A DNA stretch of 63,430 nucleotides, the filler included. It is 13 parts of 13 records of this genome, joined end to end, with 100 filler letters (N's around TTAATTAATTAA, not from the genome) between each part and the next. Parts side by side here need not be neighbours in the genome. Positions count along the whole stretch, not along the records: positions 1 to 7,374 come from SRR7504441_4209; positions 7,475 to 12,642 come from SRR7504441_4215; 11 more parts are not named here. One strand, 5' to 3'. Under the pieces are notes generated by a model, which was not told the origin of the DNA, searched no databases, and saw only the letters and a list, made by a program, of their open reading frames with translations. The translations under genes were made by a program, and so were the position numbers. Shown piece after piece: positions 1 to 10,003 of the stretch (positions are counted from its first letter, which is position 1; every line of letters starts with the position of its first letter).

Positions 1-291
1 TGTCCATGAAAACCCAAGCCTTGACTGCCATTCAAGTCAGGGTTTGGTGAATTTCAGTTTTAAAATTCAGATCCAGATCCAGATGACAAAACTTGTGGGT
101 ACTTGATCAAATCTAGATAAAATCTAGATTGCAATGCTATGCAATTAACTAAAGAAATCACGGACGTGATTCAATAGTATATGTTATTAATAATGATGCG
201 CTAGTTGAGTAAGAGTCTTATCTAAGTCTTGTCGGTACTATACCTCGAGCACTTGAATCATGAAATCTGCTTGTATAACGAGCCAACTTGT

Positions 292-2051
292 TCATAGCTT
301 GTTCATGTTCAAACTTTCTGTTGCAACTTCGAAATCCGTGTTCACATTCATAGTATTGCTTACCAATGGCACTGCATGTACGCCATTTGTGTTGCCATTG
401 TCATCTAAATTCGCTTTGAGGAAGCCCCTTTGCCTTTGTAATTCTTGTACCTCCTTAATCTTCCGCGCAACCTCAGTCTGAAAAAAGTCCCTGCCAACTA
501 ACTCAATATGGCTCAACTAAATACAAGCAGGAGTACCGATGTACTCGTTCAGCCTGGAGTACTTGATGCGCCTGCCAGAGAGTCTCAGCTACTGGCGGTC
601 TGCAGAATGTGACCATGTTAGAGTCCCAGGCCATGATTGTGCGCTTAAAGACGCTCTTTCCGGCTGCCATCAACTTTTTCTGCCCAACCCCACGCTTGAG
701 AGCCAGTGCACTCCATTGGGATACCACAATCCGCCTGCAATGGCGGTCTCTTGCCACCCTAAGCTGGGCAGCTTGGCGCTCGTTCTCATCCTCCAGCTCC
801 ATGAACTGCACAGTGGGCTCAGCCACTAGCTGACCGATGCCGTCGGGCCTGGGTGGTCATATGGTTGAGAGATTGCTTTGTGTCCCGAAGCTGGCCAGCC
901 AATATCAGCCCAACAGAGTGAGCAACCAGCACACATCTTCTGACAGTTGCTGGTTGTGCTGCGCAGTATGGTGGGCATCCGCGCCCTCTTGACTACCAAT
1001 CGCAGTCTGGTGGGCTAACCGCGCGTCAAGCCGTGCCAACTCTCGCTTAAAGCTCTTGTCACCTTCTCGCAACGCCTGATTTGCCTGCGAGCGCCATGTC
1101 AATCCCCAACCCGACCTGAGGACTCGCCTGGTCAGCGGTGCGGTGAGCACTCGCCAACTCTGCCCGCAGCCCTGATATGGTTGCCTCCATCTTGGCCCCC
1201 CTCGCCTCGCTCTCGTGGCTGCCCGCTCGGGCTGCCTGCTGCTGGTCAGATGCTCTTTGCTTGCTCTCCTCCAGCAGGTTCTGCTTGGCGGCCAGTTCGC
1301 CCTTGAGCGCGACCAGTTCGACCTCCAGCCCATGCACCGCCGCCCGCTCCTCCTCAGCCTGCCGGCCCAGCGCGGCCTGCAGATCCGCCACCATCCCTTC
1401 GGCCGCCTGCCGCGCTGTGCGCTCCTCTGCTATCTGCCTGTCTGCTGCGGCCTGCATCATCGCTTCCTTCCGTTTCATCTCAGTCCTCATCGAGTTCAGC
1501 CCGGCCGGCTGCTCTGGCTCAGGATGCTGCTCCAGCTGGTTCCGACAGTTAGTGAGTTGCTCCCTGCAGCTACTCAGCTCGGCCGCCTGCTCCCGAGCTT
1601 GCTGCTCCAGCCGGGTGAGCTCCACGCCCAGCTCAGCCCGCAGCCCGGCCATTCGCTCCTCCGCAGCTCGCAGCGACCCCTCGCTGGCCGCCAGCCGCCG
1701 CCGCAGCTCGCCCGCCGACTGGCTCAGCCAGCTGCGCGACCATCGGCTCAGGATCCTCAGACCGGCCGCCCGCTCGCCAGCCTCCTGCAGCAGCATCCTG
1801 CCAGCCATGTGGGCGGGCACAGGGGGGGGGGGGCTTACATCCGGCGCAGCGTGATGCGGAGGGCCTGCCGTTGGGTGAGCGGCTGGCCGGGCCGGGCGGG
1901 GCGGCACCGCCTGCCTCGTGTGCTCCTCCAGCTCCATCCGGGAGGCGATAACCGCCTCGAACTGGCCGTTGGTCTCCTCCAGCTCCCGCCGGGCCTCCGC
2001 CAGCGCCCGCTCCCCCTCGGTGGCCGCCCGGCCGGCTTCCAGCCCGCGCAT
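292..2051 (-). CDS. Multi-exon coiled-coil protein of unknown function
   Basis: Successive E/Q/A/R-rich heptad ORF pieces (1059-2057, 905-1333, 503-826, 292-516) join through short GT-AG introns; stop TGA at 292-294; start uncertain. Confidence 0.55.
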
Positions 2052-2160
2052 CCGCACTGACGGGAGCCCTGCTGTGCGATTTCAGTTTGACAGCTGCACA
2101 AACGTCGCCCAAAAGACATGCACGCGTAGCGGGCTGACACACCACAATCGACCAGCCACC

Positions 2161-4221
2161 ATGACGCGAGCCGCGGTCGTCGCCCTGCTCGTGCTCTGCG
2201 CCGTGGGCCAGAGCCTGGAGCCGCACGCCTGGAAGCCGTTGGGGGTTGGGACCGTCACCCCGACCGGCTGGCTGCTCACCCAGCTCCAGCTGCAGGCCGA
2301 CGGGCTCTCGGGGCACCTGTCTCAGTTCTGGGCGGACATCCAGCACTCGATCTGGATCGGCGGGAACGCCGACGGCGGGCTGCACGAACGGGCGCCGTAT
2401 TGGCTCAACGGGATTGTCCCGCTGGCGTTCCTGCTTTCGAACGCTGAGCAGGAAGTGGTGGCGCACGCTGGTTACCACGGGATATACAAGAACAACAGGC
2501 GGGACTGCGACCGGGCCCAGGGCTACTGCGGGGAGCCGGTGAACATCACCGCGCAGATGGGGAGCTACATCGAGTACATCCTGGGGCACGTCAACCCCGA
2601 CGGCTGGCTGGGCCCCGACTCCAAGTCCACAACCGACGGCGACCAATATTGGGGCCCGAGCAACGTGCTCCAGGCGCTCTACATGTACGCCGAGGGCCGG
2701 CAGGCCACCGCGGGCGACTCGGCCGGGTTCCAGCAGGCGAGCAAGGCGGTGGCAGGCCATCTGCTTGAGCAGAAGCGCCGGATGGGTACAGCCAAGCTCT
2801 CGAGCTGGGCGTTCGCGCGGTGGATCGACCAAGCGCTGACCGCCGAGTGGCTGATCGACCACGCAGCCGAGATCCCGCTGAGCGGCGAGCAAGTGTCGGA
2901 GCTGACGGAGCTGGTGCGCATGCTGCACGAGCAGGGCGCCGACTGGGACGGCTGGTTTGAAGTGTTCCAGGGCAACGCGGGCGGACACAACGTCAACAAC
3001 GCCCAAGGGATCAAATCGTCGGCGGTCTGGTACCGTTACTCGGCCAACCAGACGATGCACGTTCTGGCCAAGCGCCGGATGGCCAACCTGGACGCCAAGT
3101 ACGGCCTGCCTACTGGGATGTACAATGGCGACGAGATCCTGCCCGCGCCGGCCACGCGAAGCCCGAGCCGAGGGATAGAGCTGTGCGGAGTGGTCGAGGC
3201 CATGTTCTCGTACACCACTCTGTTCAGCGTGCATGGCGACGTGGCGTTTATGGACCGCGCAGAGCGGATCGCCTACAATGCTCTGCCTGCCACCTGGGCC
3301 TCGCCCAAAGGCGGAGATATGTGGGCGCATCAGTATTTGCAGGCGGTGAACGAGGTGAATGCGATCCGCGCTGACCCGCACGTGTGGCAACACGACGGCG
3401 ACATGGCCGAGACTTACGGTCTCGAGCCCAACTATGGATGTTGCACTGCCAACTTCAACCAAGGCTGGCCCAAGCTGGCACACATGGCTGTGTTTGAGCA
3501 CCAACCCGACGGCGGCGTGGCGGTGGCCCTGTTCGCACCGATGGAGGTCAAACTGGCGTCCGGAGTCAGCGTGTCGGTCCAGACTTCGTACCCGTTCAAC
3601 GATACAGTGGTGGTCGAGCTCGCGAATCCGTCGGCCAAAGCTGTGCCGGTTTACATTAGGATCCCTGGCTGGGCCGACGCGGCCACCGTCAACGGCAGGA
3701 AGTTCGCGAACGGCACGATGGCTCTGGTCGGGCAGGCGGCTGCTGGGGCCGAGTCTGCCTTGTTTGTGCTCGATCTCAACCCCGAGGTGCGGCTCGAAGA
3801 GTGGGACAACGGGGCCGTGTCGGTGCACCGTGGCGTGCTCATGTACAGCCTGCCGATCGACGCCAACTATACCGTGACTGGGCACCATTTTGGCGGGCCG
3901 GACGAGAGCAACGACTACACGCTCACGCCCAACAGCGCGTGGAACTATGCGCTCGACCAGCGGAGCCTCAGGTTTGTACAGCACGGGCCTCTCGGGGCGG
4001 GCCAGGCCCCGTTCAACCATTCGAACTGGCCCACCACCATCCAGGCCACCGGCCGGCCAGTGCCCGGCTGGGGGATGACGCTCAACTCGGCCTCGGTCCC
4101 GCCAGCCAGCCCTGCATGCACCGGGGCTGACGCCGGCTGCGGGGCACAGACCGCTCTGACGCTGGTGCCGCATGGTGGCACCGACCTGCGGATCGGAGAG
4201 CTGCCGCTATCCGGGCTGTAG
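2161..4221 (+). CDS. Secreted GH127-like (DUF1680, beta-L-arabinofuranosidase-type) glycoside hydrolase, intronless
   Basis: GCCACC-ATG context; signal peptide MTRAAVVALLVLCAVGQS; motifs GWLLTQLQLQADGLSGHL, ERAPYWLNG, ELCGVVEAMFS, ERIAYNALPA, CCTANFNQGWPK, TSYPF, LVPHGGTDLRIGELP. Confidence 0.85.
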   Translation: MTRAAVVALLVLCAVGQSLEPHAWKPLGVGTVTPTGWLLTQLQLQADGLSGHLSQFWADIQHSIWIGGNADGGLHERAPYWLNGIVPLAFLLSNAEQEVVAHAGYHGIYKNNRRDCDRAQGYCGEPVNITAQMGSYIEYILGHVNPDGWLGPDSKSTTDGDQYWGPSNVLQALYMYAEGRQATAGDSAGFQQASKAVAGHLLEQKRRMGTAKLSSWAFARWIDQALTAEWLIDHAAEIPLSGEQVSELTELVRMLHEQGADWDGWFEVFQGNAGGHNVNNAQGIKSSAVWYRYSANQTMHVLAKRRMANLDAKYGLPTGMYNGDEILPAPATRSPSRGIELCGVVEAMFSYTTLFSVHGDVAFMDRAERIAYNALPATWASPKGGDMWAHQYLQAVNEVNAIRADPHVWQHDGDMAETYGLEPNYGCCTANFNQGWPKLAHMAVFEHQPDGGVAVALFAPMEVKLASGVSVSVQTSYPFNDTVVVELANPSAKAVPVYIRIPGWADAATVNGRKFANGTMALVGQAAAGAESALFVLDLNPEVRLEEWDNGAVSVHRGVLMYSLPIDANYTVTGHHFGGPDESNDYTLTPNSAWNYALDQRSLRFVQHGPLGAGQAPFNHSNWPTTIQATGRPVPGWGMTLNSASVPPASPACTGADAGCGAQTALTLVPHGGTDLRIGELPLSGL

Positions 4222-4403
4222 GGCTCAGAACACATGCAAATGTGCTCGGTTCGCGATAGCCTTATGGCATCACGACTAGACTGCAATCCTTCACTTGCTC
4301 ATCAGAGTAGCTAAATCTTAATACCTGCCAAATTGAGCATAATTATACGCAGTATGACAAGATTTGCGGAGTTTAATTAAGTAATTATTAATTAATAGCG
4401 CCT

Positions 4404-5720
4404 TCAGTTGGGCAGCACGAACTCGACCGTCCACTCGCCACCGGCCTCCACATCAAACGAGCAAAGATAATCCCGCGCTTCGCCGGCTGCGGGCAACTCG
4501 CTTGCAGGCACCACAATCGGAGGCTCATCAAACCGCCCCGACAGCCCGAGCCGGAGCACGGCCTCGTCTTTCAGACTAAGCATTGTGACGCTCGCTGAGT
4601 GCTTCAGCGCCCGCCTCTCCAGAAATCCTGCCAACGGACTGTTACCGCGATCTGCGATCTCTGCCTTGGTCATCCACGAATACGGGGTGCCGCAGCCGTC
4701 GGTGCAGCGGACCTCCAGCCTGGTTGCTGCGTGCCCGGTCGCTTCAAGCATCTCGACTAGTTCACCCTTCTCGGCGCCTTTCATTGCCTGATCCATCCCC
4801 CCAACTGCCCGGAGCGCCGACTTAATCTCCGCACAGCGCAGGTCCATCAGACTGCCCGGCACCCGCCTGACCGAAAAGCTCCGACTGAGCACGAAGCCGG
4901 GTATCGGGACTGCGAGTCGCTCACACAGGCCCTCGAGCACCTCGTCCGCCCTCGCGTGAATCTTGAGCGCCGCTACTTCGTCCAGCGGCGTCCACTGCAG
5001 GTTGCAGATCACCAGCTTGCCGGCAGCGGCCACAGCCTGCGGCGCCCAGGCCGACACCCGCAGGCTGGATCCGAGCGCGAGCATCAGGTCGGTCTGCCCT
5101 ACGACCCGCCGGGCTCGCGCCACGTTGGCCGGCCACAAATTCTCGTTGAAGCTGATGATCGTGTCCTGCAGATCGCCCCCGCACTGCTCGCACTGCCGAC
5201 CAGTCGCGTGCTCATGCGCGCCAAGGCCGTCCGGCCGGGCTCGCTCGTCCCGATAATACATCTGCCCGCAGCCGCCGCCGCCGTACGGCTTTTGGGTGCT
5301 CCCGACTGGCTGCTCGGGGCAGCCCTCGCAGTTGGTGTTGCCGTGCAGCTCGGTGAACTTGTCCGTTGGGAACCCGCTCCGCAGGTGCAGCCCGTCCGTG
5401 TTGGTCGAGATCAGGTGGGCCAGCCGGCCGTCCGCGGCCAGCCCGCAGAGCGCGAGGTGCCCGCGGGTGGGTCGGCAGCCGAGCATCTCGTGGTGCCGGG
5501 CCTTGACCGCCTGGCCCTTGGCCCGGAGCGTCCACACTCCGTTCGGACCGCGGAAGTCCGGGATGCCGGCCGCAGTGCTGATCCCGGCCCCCGTGAAGGC
5601 GCTGAAGTGCGCAGCCTGCGTGACCCAGGCGGCGAGCGTGTCCAGCTTGGCCGCCAGCGTGGCCGGGTCGTCGTGGTGCTCGGCCAGCTCCGCCTCGGTC
5701 TTGTGCGCCGTGCTAGCCAT
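4404..5720 (-). CDS. Class IV sirtuin (SIRT6/7-like) NAD-dependent deacylase with C-terminal extension
   Basis: GAGISTAAGIPDFRGPNGVWT, DGLHLRSG, ELHGN, two CxxC pairs, LALGSSLRV, ICNLQWTPLD. Confidence 0.9.
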   Translation of the reverse strand: MASTAHKTEAELAEHHDDPATLAAKLDTLAAWVTQAAHFSAFTGAGISTAAGIPDFRGPNGVWTLRAKGQAVKARHHEMLGCRPTRGHLALCGLAADGRLAHLISTNTDGLHLRSGFPTDKFTELHGNTNCEGCPEQPVGSTQKPYGGGGCGQMYYRDERARPDGLGAHEHATGRQCEQCGGDLQDTIISFNENLWPANVARARRVVGQTDLMLALGSSLRVSAWAPQAVAAAGKLVICNLQWTPLDEVAALKIHARADEVLEGLCERLAVPIPGFVLSRSFSVRRVPGSLMDLRCAEIKSALRAVGGMDQAMKGAEKGELVEMLEATGHAATRLEVRCTDGCGTPYSWMTKAEIADRGNSPLAGFLERRALKHSASVTMLSLKDEAVLRLGLSGRFDEPPIVVPASELPAAGEARDYLCSFDVEAGGEWTVEFVLPN

Positions 5721-5794
5721 GTGTCAACCGGCTCTTTGCCAACCTTGGTTCCTCATGGCAAAACCAGATGAGATCCGTTACGGAGCTAACCGAC

Positions 5795-7374
5795 ATGGAC
5801 GTCTCGGCGAGTATCCGGGAGCTGATGCAGCGCAAGTGGCAGAGCTACACGGCCGGGCTGGCCGACGGCTCGGGCCACTGGTTCGACGCCACCGTCATCA
5901 CCGCGGCCGACGGCGATCAGGCCCTGGTCTTCCAGAGCCAGCTCGCCCGGCTGGAACGAACCCGCCGGATCCCGCCGGGCTGCACCCACGTTATCCCCGG
6001 TGGGCCGTTTCCCCACGCGCCGGGCCAGCCGGCGGGCAGACCCGGAGGACTGGGGCAAGATCGGGAACGGCGGGGCCACGCTGCACGCGCTGGCGGTGCC
6101 CGTGGGGCGGCGGCCGGGGGCGAGCGGTCAGCAGGTGCTGGAGCAGGTCTACGGTCGGGAGAAGCTGGCCCGGATGAAGGTGCTCCTGATCCACGCCGGT
6201 GCCCCGGGCCGCCGAGCCGGGGCGAGCCGCGCGGCAGGCGGGTACTCGAGCAGGTTGCCCAACCACAGCCTGTGCGGCAAGATCTTCTCGCCGGTGCCGT
6301 TCCCTTCGGCCGAGAACCCGAGCACGATACTCGAGATCAAGGCGCCCCCGGCCCTGGGGCCAGCTCACCGGCTGACACAGCTGGCCAACTTTGAGGGTAT
6401 GAGCGCAATGCTCCCTGCAGGCTGCTTTGTCACGTGTGCCGACGACATTGTCCCATTCAACCCGCTTCCATTCAACAGCCGGGCCGGCGGTACTGGCTTC
6501 CTGGCGCTTGCCCATCCAACTCCAATCAGCGTGGCCTGCAATCACGGCGCTGCCCGCCGCCAGCCTAGCCTGAGCCTCCGACAGGTGTGTTCGTGCCAGC
6601 CAGCGCAGTGCAGCAGGGTGCGGGCTGCGGGGCCCCCCAAAACCAGCGGGCGGCAGGCGGGGACTGCAACGGACTGTTCGACTGCAAGGCTTTCCTGCAC
6701 AAGCCGTCGGAGGTGCCGGTGCAGCCTGGCAGTCTGAGCCGCTTACAGGAGGCTATGCGGGCTGCGGGTGCAGAGGTGGCGGACGGGATCGTGCTGTCGG
6801 ACTCGTCCTTCTTCTTCGACAGCAGCACGCTACTCCGGCTGCTCAGTTTCTTCAACGACCAGATGGGCTGTGCCTGCCCTATCCGGCCGGCCGCTCAGCC
6901 GGCTCTGGCAGCAAAATGCACCGTGGAGCTCGACGCGTACGGCGACTTCATGAGGCCGTTGGGCAGCAAGCCCGACCTCTCCTACCTTGAGCAGCTGCCG
7001 CCCGACGGCTTGCTCGCCCAGCTCCGCCGGCAGCTCGCCAAGGCGCTGGCTGGGGTGCGCCCGCTGCTGTATGGTGCTGATCATGTGGCCAGGTGCCCAT
7101 CAAAGGCTGGTGCTGCGCTCCTTCGAGGTTTTACCACATCGGGACGGTGCGCGAGTACATCAATCACTTCACAGGCGCCGGCCGCACCCGGCAGCAGCTC
7201 AGCCCCGCCAGGCGCCACCAAGTTCCTGTACGAATGTGGCGCGCGTGTGCCCGAGCTGGAGCCAGCTGCCGAGACTACTTGGCCGGTGCGCCGCGCTCTT
7301 GGCGGCGGGCGAGCTGTGTGCAGACCGGCCGGCTGGCCCGGGCTAGTGAGATCGGGTCCGGGTGCACTATGGAG
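5795..7374 (+). CDS. FPGT: Fucose-1-phosphate guanylyltransferase (GDP-fucose pyrophosphorylase)-like, about 9 tiny introns, 3' truncated
   Basis: Spliced reading gives FDATVITAAD, DPEDWGKIGNGGATLHAL, KVLLIHAGGYSSRLPN, GKIF, NHGVF, FLHKPS, ELDAYGDF, FYHIGTVREY. Confidence 0.85.
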
Positions 7375-7474
7375 NNNNNNNNNNNNNNNNNNNNNNNNNN
7401 NNNNNNNNNNNNNNNNNNTTAATTAATTAANNNNNNNNNNNNNNNNNNNNNNNNNNNNNNNNNNNNNNNNNNNN
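7375..7474. other. Artificial contig linker (first of 12)
   Basis: Identical 44N-TTAATTAATTAA-44N block at 7375, 12643, 16152, 19477, 25663, 29499, 35583, 39837, 43932, 49490, 54528 and 57679; it places stop codons in all six frames. Confidence 0.99.
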
Positions 7475-7584
7475 CCCGGAACTCATAATCAGCTCTAAAA
7501 CAGGAATGCATCACATCCGCCCTTGGCGAGCTTGACTCTCCTGCATAGTGCATAATCAAGCCACCACAGGCTAGGTCGGCCGAG

Positions 7585-9024
7585 TCAGCTAAGCGCACGC
7601 ACCGCTACACGCTTTGTGAGAGGGCCTGGCGCCATCTTGGCCTTTTTGTTGGTCCTCAGCTGCCCTAGCTGCAGCGCTGGAGGTAGCACTGCCGAGAGCC
7701 CCATGTCGTTGCCCTTGCGAAGCAGTGGCTCCTGGAGCGGGATTGGCGGTTTCTTCCTCCGGACCCTGCTGTTCGGGCCCTTAATCAGTGTCCGGGGTGT
7801 ATTGACAACAATACGCCGGCTCTGGCTTGGCATCATGTCGATGCCTTTCCTTAGCAATGAGGCCTGCTCCCTATCCCGCTTCTTAGCGGCACCAAACGAC
7901 TCCCTCAGTACAAGCATTGTGTCTGCTTTGCGCCGGCGATTCCTCAACTTGACAAAGTGTCGCATGGCACCCAGCATGCGCATTCTAGCATGTCGTCGTG
8001 CTTCAGCCCCAGCCCGCAGCCCGGTCACTGCAGAAAGCATGCTCATCCTCCACTGCCATGCTGCCCACACTGGCCCCAGTGCTTGCAGTGCGCCTCGGCG
8101 GCACCAGCGTATTCTTTGTGGGACTGCGCTGAGCATCGCCCGTAGCACCGAAGCCGCATGTGCACGCCTGATACCACCTATTGCCCTGGCAGCACCCTGC
8201 AAGCCCTCAATCCTCTGGCACTGCCCTGAGAGCCTTTCCAGTGCCCCACAGCGCTCCCACAACACGGACAGCTCCCGGGCTGATACTCGGTCGCCCCAGC
8301 CACGAGTGATTGCCTGAAGCATCACCCGGGCCCACTCGCGCCGCCGAGCCGCAGCTTCAGCTGCCTCGAGCTGCCTTGTTTGCTCCAGCTCGTCCGCCTC
8401 TTGTTTCCGGTCCTTGCAGAAGCTCACCCAGCCGCCCAGCCGAGCCGCCAGCACGCGGGCCACCAGCACCCCGCCCACAGCGCGCAGCCCCGCCCGCTGC
8501 CGCCCGACCACCGCAGCCCGCCCGGCCGCCCGACTCCTCCCAGCCATCCCGCGCGCGACGGCTTGGATCCGCAGCGCGCTCCGTTCTCGGGCCAACTGAC
8601 CGCGCCAGCCGCCGAGTCCGTCCCGACACCAGTGCCCCGCCCACCAGTCCCGCATCCGACCGGCCGCCTCCGCGCGGGCGGCCCGGTCTGCCGCCGCCTT
8701 GGCCTGCTGCCGCCGCCGCTCTTGCTCCAGCTGCTCGCCCCGTTCCCTCTTGAGGCGGGAGAAGAGTTGGCGACAGCGGCTGACGGTGGTGGCCCCGTCG
8801 GACAGCAGCTCCTCCATCCGGTCGACCACCTCCATCATCTCCTCCGTGCCGGAGGCCCAGTCGGCCCGGGCCTGCTCGAACATCTCCGGCTCGGGCGACG
8901 AGTCGCAGCAGTCGGCCGGTACCGGCAAACCGGCCACAAACCCACCGCTGAACGGTACCGGCGACCGGATCAGCGGACTGGCCGGCCGGCTCTCCCGCCC
9001 GCCCAGCTGCAGCGGCTCCACCAT
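7585..9024 (-). CDS. Hypothetical Arg/Ala-rich protein with IQ calmodulin-binding-like motifs
   Basis: 479-aa ORF; ALRIQAVARGMAGR and VMLQAITRGWGDR fit the IQxxxRGxxxR pattern. Confidence 0.6.
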   Translation of the reverse strand: MVEPLQLGGRESRPASPLIRSPVPFSGGFVAGLPVPADCCDSSPEPEMFEQARADWASGTEEMMEVVDRMEELLSDGATTVSRCRQLFSRLKRERGEQLEQERRRQQAKAAADRAARAEAAGRMRDWWAGHWCRDGLGGWRGQLARERSALRIQAVARGMAGRSRAAGRAAVVGRQRAGLRAVGGVLVARVLAARLGGWVSFCKDRKQEADELEQTRQLEAAEAAARRREWARVMLQAITRGWGDRVSARELSVLWERCGALERLSGQCQRIEGLQGAARAIGGIRRAHAASVLRAMLSAVPQRIRWCRRGALQALGPVWAAWQWRMSMLSAVTGLRAGAEARRHARMRMLGAMRHFVKLRNRRRKADTMLVLRESFGAAKKRDREQASLLRKGIDMMPSQSRRIVVNTPRTLIKGPNSRVRRKKPPIPLQEPLLRKGNDMGLSAVLPPALQLGQLRTNKKAKMAPGPLTKRVAVRALS

Positions 9025-9090
9025 CCCGGGACCCCGATTTTTTGCCCCAAAATAACTGCCATTCCGTTATTACTATCTGGGCTAAAGGCC

Positions 9091-9648
9091 ATGCTCGGAG
9101 GGACGGGCAAGGAACAACTCGGCGGTGCGGAGACCCGGGAGCGGACCAGCTCGATGCTCGCGCCCCTGAGCCAACAAGAAGAGGACCATCCGACCCAGGT
9201 GTTCTGCGCCCACCTGCGCACCGTGCTCATTTCCGTGGCCAACATCCTGGCGGCCAACTACCGGCTCCCGTGGTGCCTGGGCTGCATCCCGGTGCTCGGC
9301 CCGCTCCTGGCCAGCCAAGTGGTGTACGGGCTGGCGGTGCTCATCGTCGACCTGTCCGTTGTGGCCCTCTTTTATCACGCCTACATCCCGGTGCTGGCTT
9401 TCCCAGTGATCACGACCGCCGTCCCAGCGCTGGCCATCCTCACCGGCGGCTGCGACATGGAGGACACAATGTTCCACCTGTTCGTGATGGCACTCATGTG
9501 GCTCACCGTCTGCAGCCCCAAGGAGCACGCCCGGCTCAAGTATCGGTTCAGCGGCGTCTACGGCCGGTCGCTCTCCGCAGTGCTCCATTGGCTTCCAGAT
9601 TTCAAGGTCACCTGGATCGCCCCGCCGGCGCTTTCGAAGAAGGACTAG
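9091..9648 (+). CDS. Small multi-pass membrane protein of unknown function
   Basis: GGCC-ATG at 9091; several hydrophobic segments (VVYGLAVLIVDLSVVALF, IPVLAFPVITTAVPALAIL, FHLFVMALMWLTV). Confidence 0.65.
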   Translation: MLGGTGKEQLGGAETRERTSSMLAPLSQQEEDHPTQVFCAHLRTVLISVANILAANYRLPWCLGCIPVLGPLLASQVVYGLAVLIVDLSVVALFYHAYIPVLAFPVITTAVPALAILTGGCDMEDTMFHLFVMALMWLTVCSPKEHARLKYRFSGVYGRSLSAVLHWLPDFKVTWIAPPALSKKD

Positions 9649-10003
9649 CCGGAGCGATACAGCAGGAGCAGCTGGCCTAGACCGGAATCGGCCAATCACT
9701 CGCGGGCAGCGAATGATCATGATTATTATTGACGAGTCAAGATAGACCGCTCTTACTTAGACCACCGGTAGAGCTCAACCGCTTCATTGCGGTGTAGACG
9801 ATCTCATAATTGATTTATTGCGGTGTAGATGAGCTACTATCACGGCGAACATTCAATTTATGAAATGAATTCGATGCACTGCATTGCGATAATTATCGCG
9901 GTACTCGTAATTGTCCGTTTCGACTCCGTTCGGGATCTGTTTGACCAACAGCTAAGATCACGAGTCAGCATCAAGAGATGATAAAGTTCGCATGAAGCAT
10001 ACA

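Noticed and set aside
1822-1833. Poly-G runs (also 19446-19476)
   Set aside because: Intronic or at contig edges; likely simple homopolymers or assembly breakpoints.
1633-4173. 846-aa antisense ORF and similar long shadow ORFs (31872-33191, 33417-34874, 40674-42143)
   Set aside because: Expected opposite GC3-rich genes; Arg/Gly/His-rich with no recognisable motifs.
2161-7374. GH127 - sirtuin - FPGT as a sugar-metabolism or defence cluster
   Set aside because: Alternating orientation and tight packing are genome-wide here. The sirtuin is an ordinary eukaryotic class IV type, and there is no evidence of a functional link.
9776-9835. ATTGCGGTGTAGA twice with a small hairpin in a convergent spacer
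   Set aside because: Two copies at one site; no recognisable RNA family.
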